Assembly (NCBI GenBank): GCA_963665115.1
Contig: OY762007.1
Location: 5,472,001-5,536,000 of the forward strand
Direction of reading: 5' to 3'
Length of the DNA: 64,000 nucleotides
Origin: an uncultured Rivularia sp.
GTDB lineage: Bacteria; Cyanobacteriota; Cyanobacteriia; Cyanobacteriales; Nostocaceae
Positions within the stretch are counted from its first letter, which is position 1. Each line of letters starts with the position of its first letter. The notes under the pieces were generated by a model. That model searched no databases, was not told the origin of the DNA, and worked only from the letters and a program-made list of their open reading frames with translations. Both the position numbers and the translations under genes were made by a program. Positions 10,899-22,146 of this stretch are shown in pieces.

Positions 10899-11550
10899 TT
10901 AAGACTTTTGATCTAATGTATCTTTAAGTACAGTGCGAGCTGCTAAATGGTTGCGAGTTGAAGTTAAAATTTCTGTTTCTCGTTCTAAACGAGCGGCTGT
11001 ATCTTGCATTTCTAATAATGACTGTTGCTCTGGAGCTACGCGGTAAAGGTTGCTTGCTACCCAATAAGATAATTCTTTTGGTAGAGCTGGTAAATCTTGC
11101 GGTAACTCGATATTTTGTTCGGTCAATTTGGCACTTAAGCGCACTACGTCACGCAGTAGCTGTTCTACTTCAGATGCTTCATGTCGTAAATCTTTAGTCG
11201 GTTCTTCGTCATCAATCCATTCGACTAACCCAACAAAATAAGGCTTTTCACGAACATATTCTAAAACACGGAACCTTTGCTGTCCCAAAGTTAGCATTTT
11301 CATTCGGTCATCTTTCAAACGTTGATGATGAATAATTTCCGCGCAACAGCCAACATTAGCAACAGTACCCTTTGCTTGGTCAACCATCAATACACCGAAC
11401 CTGCGATCGCTATCCAAAATCGTGTTCATCATGATTCGGTAGCGGAATTCAAAAATATGTAGTGGTAACGGGCCTGGTAGGAAACAGAACCACATCCGGT
11501 AAAGGGAAGAGAGGTATTTCGCGAACTGCAATTCTAGAGGAGGATGTCAT
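10899..11550 (-). CDS. stand-alone Lon protease N-terminal (substrate-binding) domain protein; +1 frameshift at 11470-11472, probably a sequence error
   Basis: ATG 11550 gives MTSSSRIAVREIPLFPLPDVVLFPTRP, which joins LPLHIFEFRY when one base is removed. Confidence 0.9.
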
Positions 11551-11814
11551 ATTTACCGTGATATATAACTGTACTAATATTTGTACTACTTATAAAAGTA
11601 TTTTTGCCGAGACGAACGGCAGTCATTAATATAATTATGTCATTAAGAGCAATAATGTAGTCTGCCAAGCTGGTATTACTTCCCAACACAGAGCCTTTAT
11701 TCGCTGTGTGTGGGTTTGCGATCGCAATGGAAATTTAGTTCCGCGTAAGTTTTTTATTTGTGAAAAAACCCGTATATTCTTTATATTTTACCGTAAAGTC
11801 GTTTTGCAGCGAAT

Positions 11815-11843
11815 AAAAAGCCCTTAGAAATTCGTCTAAGGGG
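11815..11843 (-). terminator. intrinsic terminator of the str operon
   Basis: CCCTTAGA/TCTAAGGG stem followed by a T-run on the minus strand, downstream of rpsJ. Confidence 0.75.
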
Positions 11844-11935
11844 ATGACCGTATCTATTAACACGCTTGTATTTCTTATTAATTGTTGTTTTTGGATTAAT
11901 TATTTATCGAAATACAATTAATCCTTAATCAATAA

Positions 11936-12253
11936 TTACAGCTTAACTTCAATGTCCACACCAGATGGTAAATCAAGTTTCATCAAAGCATCAATGGTTT
12001 TAGAAGAAGGCTGATGGATATCGATAATGCGTCGGTGGGTACGGGTTTCAAAGTGTTCTCGTGAATCTTTATCTACGTGAGGAGAACGAAGTACGCAGTA
12101 GATACGGCGTTTTGTAGGTAAAGGTATCGGACCAATTGCCGTTGCATTAGTGCGGTTAGCAGTATCAACAATTTTCTCGCAAGATGTATCAAGCAAGCGA
12201 CGGTCAAAAGCTTTTAAACGAATTCTAATTTTCTGCTGCTGTAAAGTAGCCAT
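11936..12253 (-). CDS. rpsJ: 30S ribosomal protein S10
   Basis: [10 protein letters not shown]...[14 protein letters not shown]. Confidence 0.99.
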   Translation of the reverse strand: MATLQQQKIRIRLKAFDRRLLDTSCEKIVDTANRTNATAIGPIPLPTKRRIYCVLRSPHVDKDSREHFETRTHRRIIDIHQPSSKTIDALMKLDLPSGVDIEVKL

Positions 12254-12434
12254 TTGTTCAGTTTTCCTGGTTCAGATGATTTGTAAAAAGGAGGGATGGA
12301 AATTTTTATTCACGAGCGTCAAAATTTTAATTTTGACTTCTATTTTGACCTTTGTGTTTCCAACCAAAGACAGTTAAAAAGCAGAGAGGCATTATACCAT
12401 CTCTGCCCGTATTCTAGTTAAAGTCCGCGCTTAT

Positions 12435-13664
12435 CTACTTGACGATTTTAGAAACTACGCCAGCACCGATAGTACGACCACCTTCACGAATTGCGAAGCG
12501 CATTCCTTGCTCAATCGCAATTGCGTTGATAAGTTGTACGTTCATCTTGATGCGGTCTCCAGGCATTACCATTTCCGCAGCACTGCCATCATCAGCAGTA
12601 AAGGATTGAATAGTGCCAGTTACATCGGTTGTACGCACGTAGAACTGAGGACGATAACCGGAGAAAAATGGGGTTTTACGACCGCCTTCTTTCTCAGTTA
12701 AAACGTATACTTCACCTTCAAATTCGGTATGAGGAGTAATGCTACCGGGCTTTGCAATTACCATGCCACGCTCGATATCATCTTTCTGCATACCGCGTAG
12801 TAGGATTCCGGCATTATCTCCAGCCATACCTTCATCGAGACTCTTCTTGAACATCTCGATACCAGTTACGGTGGTAGGACGAGTATTTCTGATACCAACC
12901 AATTCAACTTGGTCGCCAACTTTGACTTTTCCACGTTCGATTCTACCAGTTGCTACGGTACCACGACCTGTAATGGAGAATACGTCTTCTACTGCCATCA
13001 AGAAAGGCTTATCTACAGCACGTTCGGGAGTAGGAATGAAAGCATCTACCTGTTCCATCAAGTCGTAGATTTTATCTACCCACTGGTCTTCACCTTTCTT
13101 CATGGTGGGGTTAGCAATCATTTTTTCCAACGCTTGCAAACCAGAACCTGAAACTACAGGAATATCGTCACCGGGGAAATCGTAGTCGCTAAGAAGTTCG
13201 CGGACTTCCAATTCCACCAACTCCAATAATTCATCATCATCCACCATGTCTTGCTTGTTCAAGAAGACTACGAGGCTAGGTACACCAACTTGCTTCGCTA
13301 ACAGGATGTGTTCGCGGGTTTGAGGCATGGGACCGTCAGCAGCAGACACCACGAGAATTGCACCGTCCATTTGGGCTGCACCAGTGATCATGTTTTTCAC
13401 ATAGTCAGCGTGTCCGGGACAGTCTACGTGAGCGTAATGACGACCATCAGTTTCATATTCCACGTGGGAAGTATTGATGGTAATACCCCGTGCCTTTTCT
13501 TCAGGAGCGTTGTCAATATCATCGTACTTCTTTTGTGCTGACTGACCCAAAGCGGATAAAGTCATGGTGATGGCTGCTGTCAACGTGGTTTTACCGTGGT
13601 CAACGTGGCCAATAGTACCGATATTAACGTGTGGTTTATTTCTTTCAAATTTTGCGCGTGCCAT
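12435..13664 (-). CDS. tuf: elongation factor Tu
   Basis: [17 protein letters not shown] and NKQD motifs; 409 aa. Confidence 0.99.
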   Translation of the reverse strand: MARAKFERNKPHVNIGTIGHVDHGKTTLTAAITMTLSALGQSAQKKYDDIDNAPEEKARGITINTSHVEYETDGRHYAHVDCPGHADYVKNMITGAAQMDGAILVVSAADGPMPQTREHILLAKQVGVPSLVVFLNKQDMVDDDELLELVELEVRELLSDYDFPGDDIPVVSGSGLQALEKMIANPTMKKGEDQWVDKIYDLMEQVDAFIPTPERAVDKPFLMAVEDVFSITGRGTVATGRIERGKVKVGDQVELVGIRNTRPTTVTGIEMFKKSLDEGMAGDNAGILLRGMQKDDIERGMVIAKPGSITPHTEFEGEVYVLTEKEGGRKTPFFSGYRPQFYVRTTDVTGTIQSFTADDGSAAEMVMPGDRIKMNVQLINAIAIEQGMRFAIREGGRTIGAGVVSKIVK

Positions 13665-13682
13665 GTATCCTCGTTTCCTTTT

Positions 13683-15764
13683 TTAACTATGCGTTCCCTT
13701 GTTTTTCGCGATTATTGCCTCAGCCACGTTGCGAGGCACTTCTTCGTAGTTACTAAACTGCATCGAGAAAATACCCCGACCTTGGGTGTTTGACCGAATG
13801 TCAGTTGCGTAACCAAACATTGCTGCCAATGGAACTTTAGAAGTTACCTTGGCTAAGCCATCTTCGGACTCCATGCCTTCAATTTGACCGCGACGAGAGT
13901 TAAGGTCGCCGATGACATCCCCAAGAAATTCTTCGGGTACTTCTACCTCAACTTCCATCAATGGCTCTAACAGCACTGGTGAAGCTTTCATCACCGCTTC
14001 TTTCATCGCCATTGAACCGGCAATTTTGAAAGCCATTTCCGAAGAGTCTACATCATGATAAGACCCATCAACCAATGTTGCTTTAACATCAATTAACGGA
14101 TACCCAGCTATAATACCGGATTCGCTGGTTTCTTTCATTCCCTGCTCGACGGGATTAATATACTCTTTGGGTATCGAACCACCGACAACCTTGGAAACGA
14201 ATTCAAAACCGCTTCCTTGTTCTCCAGGCTCCAAGTTTACAACTACGTGACCGTATTGACCTTTACCACCGCTTTGACGGATGAATTTACCTTCAATTCC
14301 GTTAACTTGTTTGCGGATGGTTTCGCGATAGGCAACTTGCGGCGCACCAACGTTAGCTTCCACCTTGAATTCTCGCAGCATTCTATCTACCAAAATTTCT
14401 AAGTGTAGTTCGCCCATGCCCGCAATCACTGTTTGATTGGTTTCAGGGTTCACGCTAACTCGGAAGGTTGGATCTTCTTCCGAAAGTGACTGCAATGCTC
14501 TACCTAACTTCTCCATATCAACTTTGGTTTTGGGTTCAACCGCAACTGATATTACTGGTTCTGGAATATAAAGCGATTCCAGAATTATTGGAGAATTCTG
14601 TTCGCAAAGGGTGTCACCTGTAAGAGTATCTTTTAGACCTACAGTAGCTCCTAAGTCCCCCGCAGAAAGTTGTTCGACATCTTGCCGGTCATCTGCCTTC
14701 ATCACTACCAAGCGAGAAATTCGTTCTTTTTTCCCTTTGGTAGAGTTGTAGACGTAGCTGCCTTTCTTCAGCACGCCAGAGTAAACCCGGATAAATGTCA
14801 AACGACCGTAGGGATCGGCCATCACTTTGAAAGCAAGAGCAGCTAAAGGTGCTTCATCGTCAGCAGGTCTTTCAACGGTTTCACCATTGGGTAAGGTGCC
14901 TTGAATTGGAGGTACTTCCAATGGAGATGGCAAATAATCTACCACTCCATCAAGCAATAGCTGTACGCCTTTATTTTTGAATGCCGAACCGCAAAGCATC
15001 GGCACCATAGTTCCGGCAATTGTACCTTTACGTAAAGCAAGACGAACTTCCTCTTCGGTAAGCTCTTCGCCCTCGAAGTACTTAGTCATTAAGTCATCCG
15101 AGGTTTCAGCTACTGCTTCAACGAGCTTAGTACGATATTCGTTAGCAAGTTCAACCATTTCACTTGGTATATCTTGCTCTTCGATATCAGTGCCTTGATC
15201 GTTGTTATAAATAAAGGCACGCATTTTCACCAAGTCAATAATGCCGCTAAACTCGCTTTCGCTACCTATAGGCAATTGAACGGGAATGGCATTAGTTCGC
15301 AGGCGATCGCGTACTTGTTCGTAAACCTTATAAAAGTTTGCGCCAGTGCGATCCATCTTGTTAACAAAGATGATTCTGGGCACATGATAGCGGTCTGCTT
15401 GCCGCCAAACCGTCTCTGTCTGAGGCTGCACGCCGCCTACAGAACATAAAACCGTAATTACACCATCCAATACCCGCATAGAACGTTCAACTTCCATCGT
15501 GAAGTCCACATGACCGGGGGTATCGATGATATTAATTTGATGGTCTTTCCAACTGGTACTAATTGCAGCGGCGGTGATAGTAATTCCCCGCTCCCGTTCT
15601 TGTGCCATCCAGTCGGTCACAGCCGTTCCCTCGTGAACTTCACCTATTTTGTGAATGATGCCGGAGTAAAACAGTATTCTTTCTGTTGTTGTAGTTTTTC
15701 CCGCATCAATATGGGCCGCAATACCCATATTGCGAACTTTTTCTAGCGGGTTGGTACGTGCCAA
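13683..15764 (-). CDS. fusA: elongation factor G
   Basis: [17 protein letters not shown] and NKMD motifs; likely TTG start at 15764, preceded by AGGAGG. Confidence 0.98.
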   Translation of the reverse strand: MARTNPLEKVRNMGIAAHIDAGKTTTTERILFYSGIIHKIGEVHEGTAVTDWMAQERERGITITAAAISTSWKDHQINIIDTPGHVDFTMEVERSMRVLDGVITVLCSVGGVQPQTETVWRQADRYHVPRIIFVNKMDRTGANFYKVYEQVRDRLRTNAIPVQLPIGSESEFSGIIDLVKMRAFIYNNDQGTDIEEQDIPSEMVELANEYRTKLVEAVAETSDDLMTKYFEGEELTEEEVRLALRKGTIAGTMVPMLCGSAFKNKGVQLLLDGVVDYLPSPLEVPPIQGTLPNGETVERPADDEAPLAALAFKVMADPYGRLTFIRVYSGVLKKGSYVYNSTKGKKERISRLVVMKADDRQDVEQLSAGDLGATVGLKDTLTGDTLCEQNSPIILESLYIPEPVISVAVEPKTKVDMEKLGRALQSLSEEDPTFRVSVNPETNQTVIAGMGELHLEILVDRMLREFKVEANVGAPQVAYRETIRKQVNGIEGKFIRQSGGKGQYGHVVVNLEPGEQGSGFEFVSKVVGGSIPKEYINPVEQGMKETSESGIIAGYPLIDVKATLVDGSYHDVDSSEMAFKIAGSMAMKEAVMKASPVLLEPLMEVEVEVPEEFLGDVIGDLNSRRGQIEGMESEDGLAKVTSKVPLAAMFGYATDIRSNTQGRGIFSMQFSNYEEVPRNVAEAIIAKNKGTHS

Positions 15765-15913
15765 AAGCAGCCTCCTATGGCTTTTGCCTCTTGATATCTT
15801 GTATATTACACTCTGCTTTAAGTTTCTATACTGACGAACCCAAAACCGTCCGACTTTACAGTAATAAAGATGATATAACACCGATTCAATTCGGCAATAT
15901 ATCTGTCTTCAAC

Positions 15914-16384
15914 TTAATAACGATAATGTGCAAAGGCTTTATTGGCTTCTGCCATCCGATGTGTTTCTTCCCGTTTGCGAATTGCGCTACCTGTTTCGTT
16001 AGACGCATCCATTAATTCGTTTGCCAGCCTGCTTGCCATTGTCCGGCCCGGACGCTGACGAGAATACTGCACTAACCAACGCAGTGCAAGGGTCGTACCC
16101 CTTTCCGAACGTACTTCCATTGGTACTTGATAAGTTGCTCCACCAACTCGTCGAGCTTTGACTTCTACCAGTGGAGTCAGATTGCGTATTGCTCTCTCAA
16201 AAACTTCTGTGGGTTCTCCACCAGTTCTTTCTTCGATAATTTTCATTGCGTCATAAACAATCCGCGCGGCAAGAGATTTCTTGCCATGACGCATGATTCG
16301 CCTGATTGTCATACTAATCAAGCGACTGTTGTAAACTGAGTCAGGCGGAACTGCGCGCCTTTGAATAACACCACGACGAGACAT
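15914..16384 (-). CDS. rpsG: 30S ribosomal protein S7
   Basis: MSRR...[10 protein letters not shown]...[15 protein letters not shown]. Confidence 0.99.
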   Translation of the reverse strand: MSRRGVIQRRAVPPDSVYNSRLISMTIRRIMRHGKKSLAARIVYDAMKIIEERTGGEPTEVFERAIRNLTPLVEVKARRVGGATYQVPMEVRSERGTTLALRWLVQYSRQRPGRTMASRLANELMDASNETGSAIRKREETHRMAEANKAFAHYRY

Positions 16385-17023
16385 ACTTAACCTTTAATTC
16401 AATATAGCAACTACAAAGAAATGCTTTGATACTTCCGGGAATTATATAGTATGAATTCTCCTGCTTCATTTATGAGCTACGAACAACATTATTAATTGCA
16501 ACTCGGTTTTCGGATATGCCCTTACGCTCATAAATTAACGTCGGAATACTGCTCGCGATTGAGATTTTAAGCGAGCAAGATTCATTATTAGAATCTATAC
16601 TACCCAGATTAACCGCTCAAAAAATTTAAGTTGCTGTGGACTTTCTCAACTTTATCAGTATACAGATAACGCCCCGAATAGTTGAAAAACCGCTCCAACC
16701 ATACATATGAAGCGCCATCGTTTATACGTTGATATTTAAACGGAAATCCTGCGCCATAAAATGTTTTGGGCTTTTTCTAACGTCTATCCCTTGTGCTTCA
16801 TGCAATCCCTGGGTGGTGCAGTTGTTTTCCTTGCTGATTTGATGGCTTCCACTTGGGTTCGCAGACCAAAAGCAACACCTTAGAAAACAACTACAGCCCA
16901 CCCACAAGGATAAACTTGAAACACATCGCCCGCGTTTTGGGTAGCTGTAGACTTTTAGAACTTGAATTATATACAAACATCGCAAGTGAATCTAAAAAAC
17001 AATGCGAAAAACCACAGCGACGA
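16385..17023 (-). ncRNA. putative large structured RNA in the rpsL-rpsG spacer
   Basis: Long imperfect hairpin at 16783-16913 whose mismatches are G-U pairs on the minus strand, a 10-bp perfect helix (16468-16477 with 16526-16535), further hairpins, and no credible ORF. Confidence 0.55.
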
Positions 17024-17404
17024 TTACGATGCTTCCTTCGGACGCTTCGTTCCGTACTTTGAACGACCTTGCTTGCGATCTTTTACTCCGGCAGTATCCA
17101 GAGTTCCACGAATAATGTGATATCTCACGCCCGGTAAATCCTTAACCCTACCGCCACGAATCATCACAACAGAGTGTTCCTGTAAGTTGTGACCAATTCC
17201 TGGAATGTAAGCAGTTACCTCGAATCCAGAAGTTAATCTTACCCTTGCAACTTTTCTTAGGGCAGAATTCGGTTTCTTAGGCGTTGTTGTATAAACCCTG
17301 GTACAAACGCCCCGTCTTTGAGGGCATTGCTTCAGAGCCGGGGACTTGGTTTTCTGACGCGCTTTAGAGCGCTCGTTACGAATTAATTGCTGTATTGTTG
17401 GCAT
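17024..17404 (-). CDS. rpsL: 30S ribosomal protein S12
   Basis: MPTIQQLIR...[17 protein letters not shown]...[12 protein letters not shown]. Confidence 0.99.
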   Translation of the reverse strand: MPTIQQLIRNERSKARQKTKSPALKQCPQRRGVCTRVYTTTPKKPNSALRKVARVRLTSGFEVTAYIPGIGHNLQEHSVVMIRGGRVKDLPGVRYHIIRGTLDTAGVKDRKQGRSKYGTKRPKEAS

Positions 17405-17530
17405 GAGTTACAGCACGTGAAGCTGCTGATTGTCTAAGTTTTTACAAATCCTGATTATATCTCTTTTTTGAAAAGATTATGTCAACTTTCTAGAAAAAAT
17501 TTAGATTTTTTTAATATATATTTTTTTTAA

Positions 17531-17686
17531 TTGGGGATTGGAAATTGGGAATTGGGGATTGGGAATTGGGAATTGGGGAGTAAAGCGTTGATGGGGAAGA
17601 CAATAAGGGAGCAAGATGCTCCCACTACAAATGTTTTTAGAACTAACTTCTAACTCCTAACTCCTAACTCCTAACTCCTAACTCCT
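17531..17686. repeat. STRR arrays (GGGRATT)n and (CTAACTC)n flanking a single REP-like half element
   Basis: Heptamer arrays at 17531-17579 and 17641-17686, with GGGAGCAAGATGCTCCCACTAC at ~17607-17628. Confidence 0.85.
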
Positions 17687-18016
17687 CACTGAAAAAGAGT
17701 TGCCACAACCGCAAACGGTTACTGCTTGGGGGTTATAGAAGCGAAAGCCTCCACCCATGAGGTCTTCGGAGTATTCGATGGTTAAGTCTTGAGTGCGTTC
17801 TAGGGTTTCGGCATCTAGAACTACTTGTATATTTTTACAGGCGAAAACGCGATCGCAATCTGTTAGTGCTTGTTCGTCTTTAAAAGACATATCGTAAAAC
17901 CAACCGGAGCAACCACCGGGTTTGACAGTTAATCGAAATAACAGGTTGGGTTGTTTTTGTTTTGATTTTAATCTCTGTATCTCGTCTGCTGCTGCCTGAG
18001 AAAGTTTAATCATCAA
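17678..18016 (-). CDS. HesB/IscA family iron-sulfur cluster carrier
   Basis: GGCSG and C-terminal CGCGNSF motifs. Confidence 0.92.
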   Translation of the reverse strand: MMIKLSQAAADEIQRLKSKQKQPNLLFRLTVKPGGCSGWFYDMSFKDEQALTDCDRVFACKNIQVVLDAETLERTQDLTIEYSEDLMGGGFRFYNPQAVTVCGCGNSFSVRS

Positions 18017-18142
18017 ATTAATTTTAGATTTTAGATTTTAGATTGAAAGACAGGAGTTGGGAGTTAGGAGTTAGGAGTTAATTGTTTATAACTTATAACC
18101 GATCGCTGGTAATTGATAATTGATAACTGTTCCTAAAAGTAT

Positions 18143-18187
18143 CGCACGGAAACTTCAGAACCAGAAAAGGTAGGAAGTTTCCGTGCG
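18143..18187. terminator. strong hairpin between the cupin and IscA genes
   Basis: 14-bp perfect stem CGCACGGAAACTTC/GAAGTTTCCGTGCG; it lacks a clear U-tract, so it may be a stabiliser rather than a terminator. Confidence 0.55.
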
Positions 18188-18258
18188 GAATTTAGACGAA
18201 CACAATATATTTTTTAAATGAAACTCATGACGAAAGGTAAGATATCATATCCCCGATT

Positions 18259-18699
18259 TTATTTTTCAGCGCGAGCATAGTCGTCTTGATAACGAACGAT
18301 ATCGTCTTCTCCTAAGTATTCCCCATTTTGTACTTCAATTAATACTAAAGGAATCACTCCGGGGTTTTCTAGACGGTGTGCGGTGCATTGTGGCACGTAG
18401 GTAGACTGGTTGTTGCTCAAGGTAATTTCTTCTTCACCGCAAGTAACTTTAGCGGTTCCAGAGACGACAATCCAGTGTTCGCTACGGTGATGATGCATTT
18501 GTAAGCTTAAGCGGTGTCCCGGTTTCACTTCAATGCGCTTGATTTTATAGCCGCGTGCTTCTTCCAAAATGGTAAAAGAACCCCAAGGACGTAGTTCAGT
18601 CGCAGCCACACCTTCTGGAGTAACCGCTGGGGGTAGGGTAAATGCGTTTGCTTCTGCTGTTTCTTGGAATTGAGCCATAGTTACCTCGTTTGAAGACAT
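18259..18699 (-). CDS. stand-alone type II mannose-6-phosphate isomerase cupin domain
   Basis: RPWG, LSLQMHHHRSEHW, HRLEN and EVQNGEYLGEDDIVR motifs. Confidence 0.92.
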   Translation of the reverse strand: MSSNEVTMAQFQETAEANAFTLPPAVTPEGVAATELRPWGSFTILEEARGYKIKRIEVKPGHRLSLQMHHHRSEHWIVVSGTAKVTCGEEEITLSNNQSTYVPQCTAHRLENPGVIPLVLIEVQNGEYLGEDDIVRYQDDYARAEK

Positions 18700-19161
18700 A
18701 AAAAAATTTACACAGTACTCTTAACTATTGTTGGAAAAAAGTAGCGTAATATTGCAACCGTAATTGTCTGCAATTGAGTCCAGCTTAGCCAAACATACCA
18801 AAGCTAATTGTGACGGTGGAATCAACAGGTAACAATTCTCGTATGTTTACACCAATTCTTCATCAATCGTATAGGTAGCTTTTTACAAGCTTTAAAAAGT
18901 CTTCAAATATTAGTAATTTATTCCTACTAAATACGTACAATCAATAGTTAATTAAGTTACTACTTCTGACTCAGTAATAGAGTTGGGGATAGTTAGGAGT
19001 TAGGAGTAGCAAGTAGAGAGTAGCAAGTAAATCACTTTTTATTCTCATTGACATAAATGTCGCTGCCGTAGAGACCTCTATTTTTACCCGCTACTTATTA
19101 CTTATTACTCACTACTCGCTACTCACTACTTTAATAATGTCTCCCCATCCCCCATCCCGAC

Positions 19162-21268
19162 TCACGGACGCGGTAAGAAAATACCAATGCCGTTATGAAC
19201 GCTTGCAGCAGTGTTGGGTGAGCGATCGAGTAATTGTCCCCCCAGATAAAGGCTTGTGGAACTACCACCGTCTAAATTTAGGGCGTTGACGCATCCTAGT
19301 TGCTGCATTAATTGAGCGTGTTCTGGTAAGCTGGGTCCTTTTCCACCAGCGCGATCGTGTACCGCAGCAATTATGAGTTTCCCGGTTGAGGTGGTACAAA
19401 TGGCGCTACGGATAGCTCTTTGTTCTGCGAAGGCTTTACTGAATTTTTCGGCTTCAGCATCGAGAACTATTCGATTGTCTTTTAGTAAAAGGGGGTCCGG
19501 CTCCTAATATATGGGGATAGCGATTGAATTCTGGAGAAACTGTGGAACTGGCTATACGTAAAGGAGTTCCAATTTGTAATTGAGCGGCGTTACTTACGGC
19601 ACCAGCACGCAAAGCTAGTAGATAGCCATTTTTTGGAATGGGAGCAAAGCCAACTCCAGCTTTACTTCCTGCATATTGTTGGGTAACTTTATTGTTTTGA
19701 ACGGCTACAATTATTTCGTTGTCGGTAAGAGGTGTATAGTTTTCTCCCCATTGATCGGTGTATCTAGCTATTCCTTGCTGTACGTATCCACTGTTTAAGT
19801 GAGAAATTGGCAGATTTTGATTGCCGGGAATTATTAAATTTTCTTGTAAAGAAAGCCGGTTCATGTAAAATTTTCCGGCATCGTCCCAAGCAATTGCTCC
19901 TCGATTAAGAATTGGCCCGGAGAGCCACTGACCATCTTTACGAATTGCACCCAAGGGTAAACGGTTTTTTCGATTGAAGAAACCACCGTTAATTGCGGCA
20001 GATGCTAAATATTTTCTCGCAGTTTTGATTAGTGGTGCGGTACCTTCTTGTTTTCCTTGGTTGGTAGCAACTGGTCTTATTTGTGCTTTGGAAGTTCGGG
20101 GATCGATTTCTAACCATACTACTGGAAAACGGTCGTTGCCCAAGGATACGAGTTGCTGTCTCCACAGCAATCCCGGTGCCCAATCGATTGAGCGTTCGAC
20201 TAAAGCATCCGGGCGAACATCTACAACTAAACGATTTGGTTTGGGTAAAGTGCTGACTTTTGGAGTTAAGCCGAAAGGAACTACTAGTCGAATAACTGTT
20301 TGATTGTTGACTACTTCGACTTGCTTAATAAGCGGTTCGGGAGTTTCGGTTGATATTGATGGCGGTGTCTTTCTGAAAAGATTGTCTAACTGTACAGGTT
20401 GCGGTATTGGTGGTGCAGGAGTATAACGGCTGATTAAATTAGGATTTGCGATTCCATCAATGGTAATTATCCACTCTCTTGCTGGGGGGGTTGGTTTGGG
20501 AGCGGGAATATCAATATCAGTATCGGTGTTGATTACAACACTTTTAGGTGGAAATGGTAGTGATGGTACTTTAATAGAGGGTTTTAGCTCGGGTTTTGGT
20601 TGAATTTTAGGTTTTGGTTTTTTAATCAAGGAACCCGCAGTCAACTTCCAAGGTGTTGGACGATCCAAATCAATAACTAACTGCTGCTGTTGAGATGAGG
20701 ATTTATCTTGTTTAATTGTTTTTACTTTTGCTCTTGGTGTAGAAATTACTAAGGTATTATCCTTTGCTTGTACTTTCCATCTTGCTTCCCGAGCAAATTT
20801 AGTAATGTCTAAATAACGATATCCCTGCTCTAAGAAACCAGTCAACACTTGCGGTTTAGATAGCGAAGAAAACCACTGTACTGGCTGTAGTTGCGGACTG
20901 TTAGTGCTTAATAAATCTACTCCTATTAGCTGGCGAAGTGCCCCATCACTGATATAAATCGCATCGCCTCGATCTTTATTTTTACCTTTTTGTTGAACCC
21001 AAGTTCCTGGTAAGGTGCGACCATTTACGGATATTTGATCGCCCCCAGATAATAATCCTTTTGAAGTGGATACAACCGACGGTTGATTTGATTGAGCTAT
21101 CTTTGGAACTTCTTTATAAGTTGGTTTAGCTTTAGTAACAGAAGTCGCAGTCAAATTTAGAATTATTGCCAAGGTTGGTAACGTCATAGCCTTGACAAAA
21201 AAGCGATTATTTTTATTAACCATAGCAGTGCGGATTTTTCCTCGATCCAAAGTTAGATTTTTGACCAT
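19162..21268 (-). CDS. phosphodiester glycosidase (NAGPA/DUF2233) family exported protein with Pro-rich linker; +1 frameshift at 19491-19495, probably a sequence error
   Basis: AINGGFF motif. GAGP continues in the shifted frame as LLLKDNRIVLDAEAEKFS...ALNLDGGSSTSL to a TGA at 19162. Confidence 0.88.
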
Positions 21269-21811
21269 AATGTTGGTTAAGTAATAACTGCAAAAACTTA
21301 GTTTTCTGGCATATTTTCTGGCATAGGAATAATCATCTTCATAGTGCATAACACTAACGTGTTAAGGTATAAATACCCTTCTGTAAAAAGTTAATTCAGT
21401 GCGGGCAAGTTATAAGCAATGCATCAAAAAACAGATTTCTACTGCCAGAAGTTTTCAATATTTTTTACCTTGAAAAGATAAATCGAAATGTTTAATCGTT
21501 TTTGATACGACGCTACTTGTGCAGTGTGTAGCAGGTATTAATCAGATTTGTAAGTAGTACTTGCTCTCTTAGAGTGGGCGTAATACGACAAAATTTGCTC
21601 AAATCGGGAATTGCAAATCGACAATTAGTGTAATACGCTGGCTTTAAGGCACCCTATCAGCGGAATTTTGGTATTGAAAATATTGAACCATTACATAGAA
21701 GTTTTGTTTCATGCCGGCAATATATAACTCAATCTGTAAAAAAAACTTGCATTTCAGACAACCTAATTGAGAGAATATATAGCCTCAAGATATAAAGTCG
21801 GAAACTGGTAA

Positions 21812-21943
21812 GCCACTACGTTGCGGTGAAGTAGTGTGGTCTTGGGGGTTTCCCCCATGAACAACTACTGAACCCGTTCACGCGGAGCGTGCGGCTCAGG
21901 GAGGAACACGACCGTTGTAGTAAGTGGCGCAACCCGAAGGGCG
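21812..21943. repeat. nested composite of small dispersed palindromic repeats
   Basis: GC-rich island with GGGGGTTTCCCCC and CCCGAAGGG hairpins; the 20-mer at 21875-21894 recurs exactly as its reverse complement at 33235-33254. Confidence 0.7.
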
Positions 21944-22146
21944 ATACAATTACTAACTCGCTCAATTCAGCATAAACACATAAAAAATAACCGGATAAGT
22001 TTAACACAAACGTGCAAAAAATCAACTGTGCGTAGTAAAATCTTTCTCCCGGCATTTTGGTAACTCGGTTTTCTCGCTTTTAGGAAAGTGAATAGTTTTT
22101 TTATCGGGACAATATCAAGAAAATTATTGCTATCGGGGGACATTCT

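Noticed and set aside
15765..15881. 39-aa N-terminal extension of EF-G in the ORF track
   Set aside because: AGGAGG precedes TTG at 15764, and EF-G homology starts there
16385..17023. Group I/II intron or small CDS (16722..16985, 16853..17062) in the rpsL-rpsG spacer
   Set aside because: No recognisable group II domain V or group I core, no interrupted host gene, and the ORFs have non-protein-like composition
17024..17404. Streptomycin-resistance substitutions in S12
   Set aside because: The PKKPNSA and RVKDLP lysines are wild type
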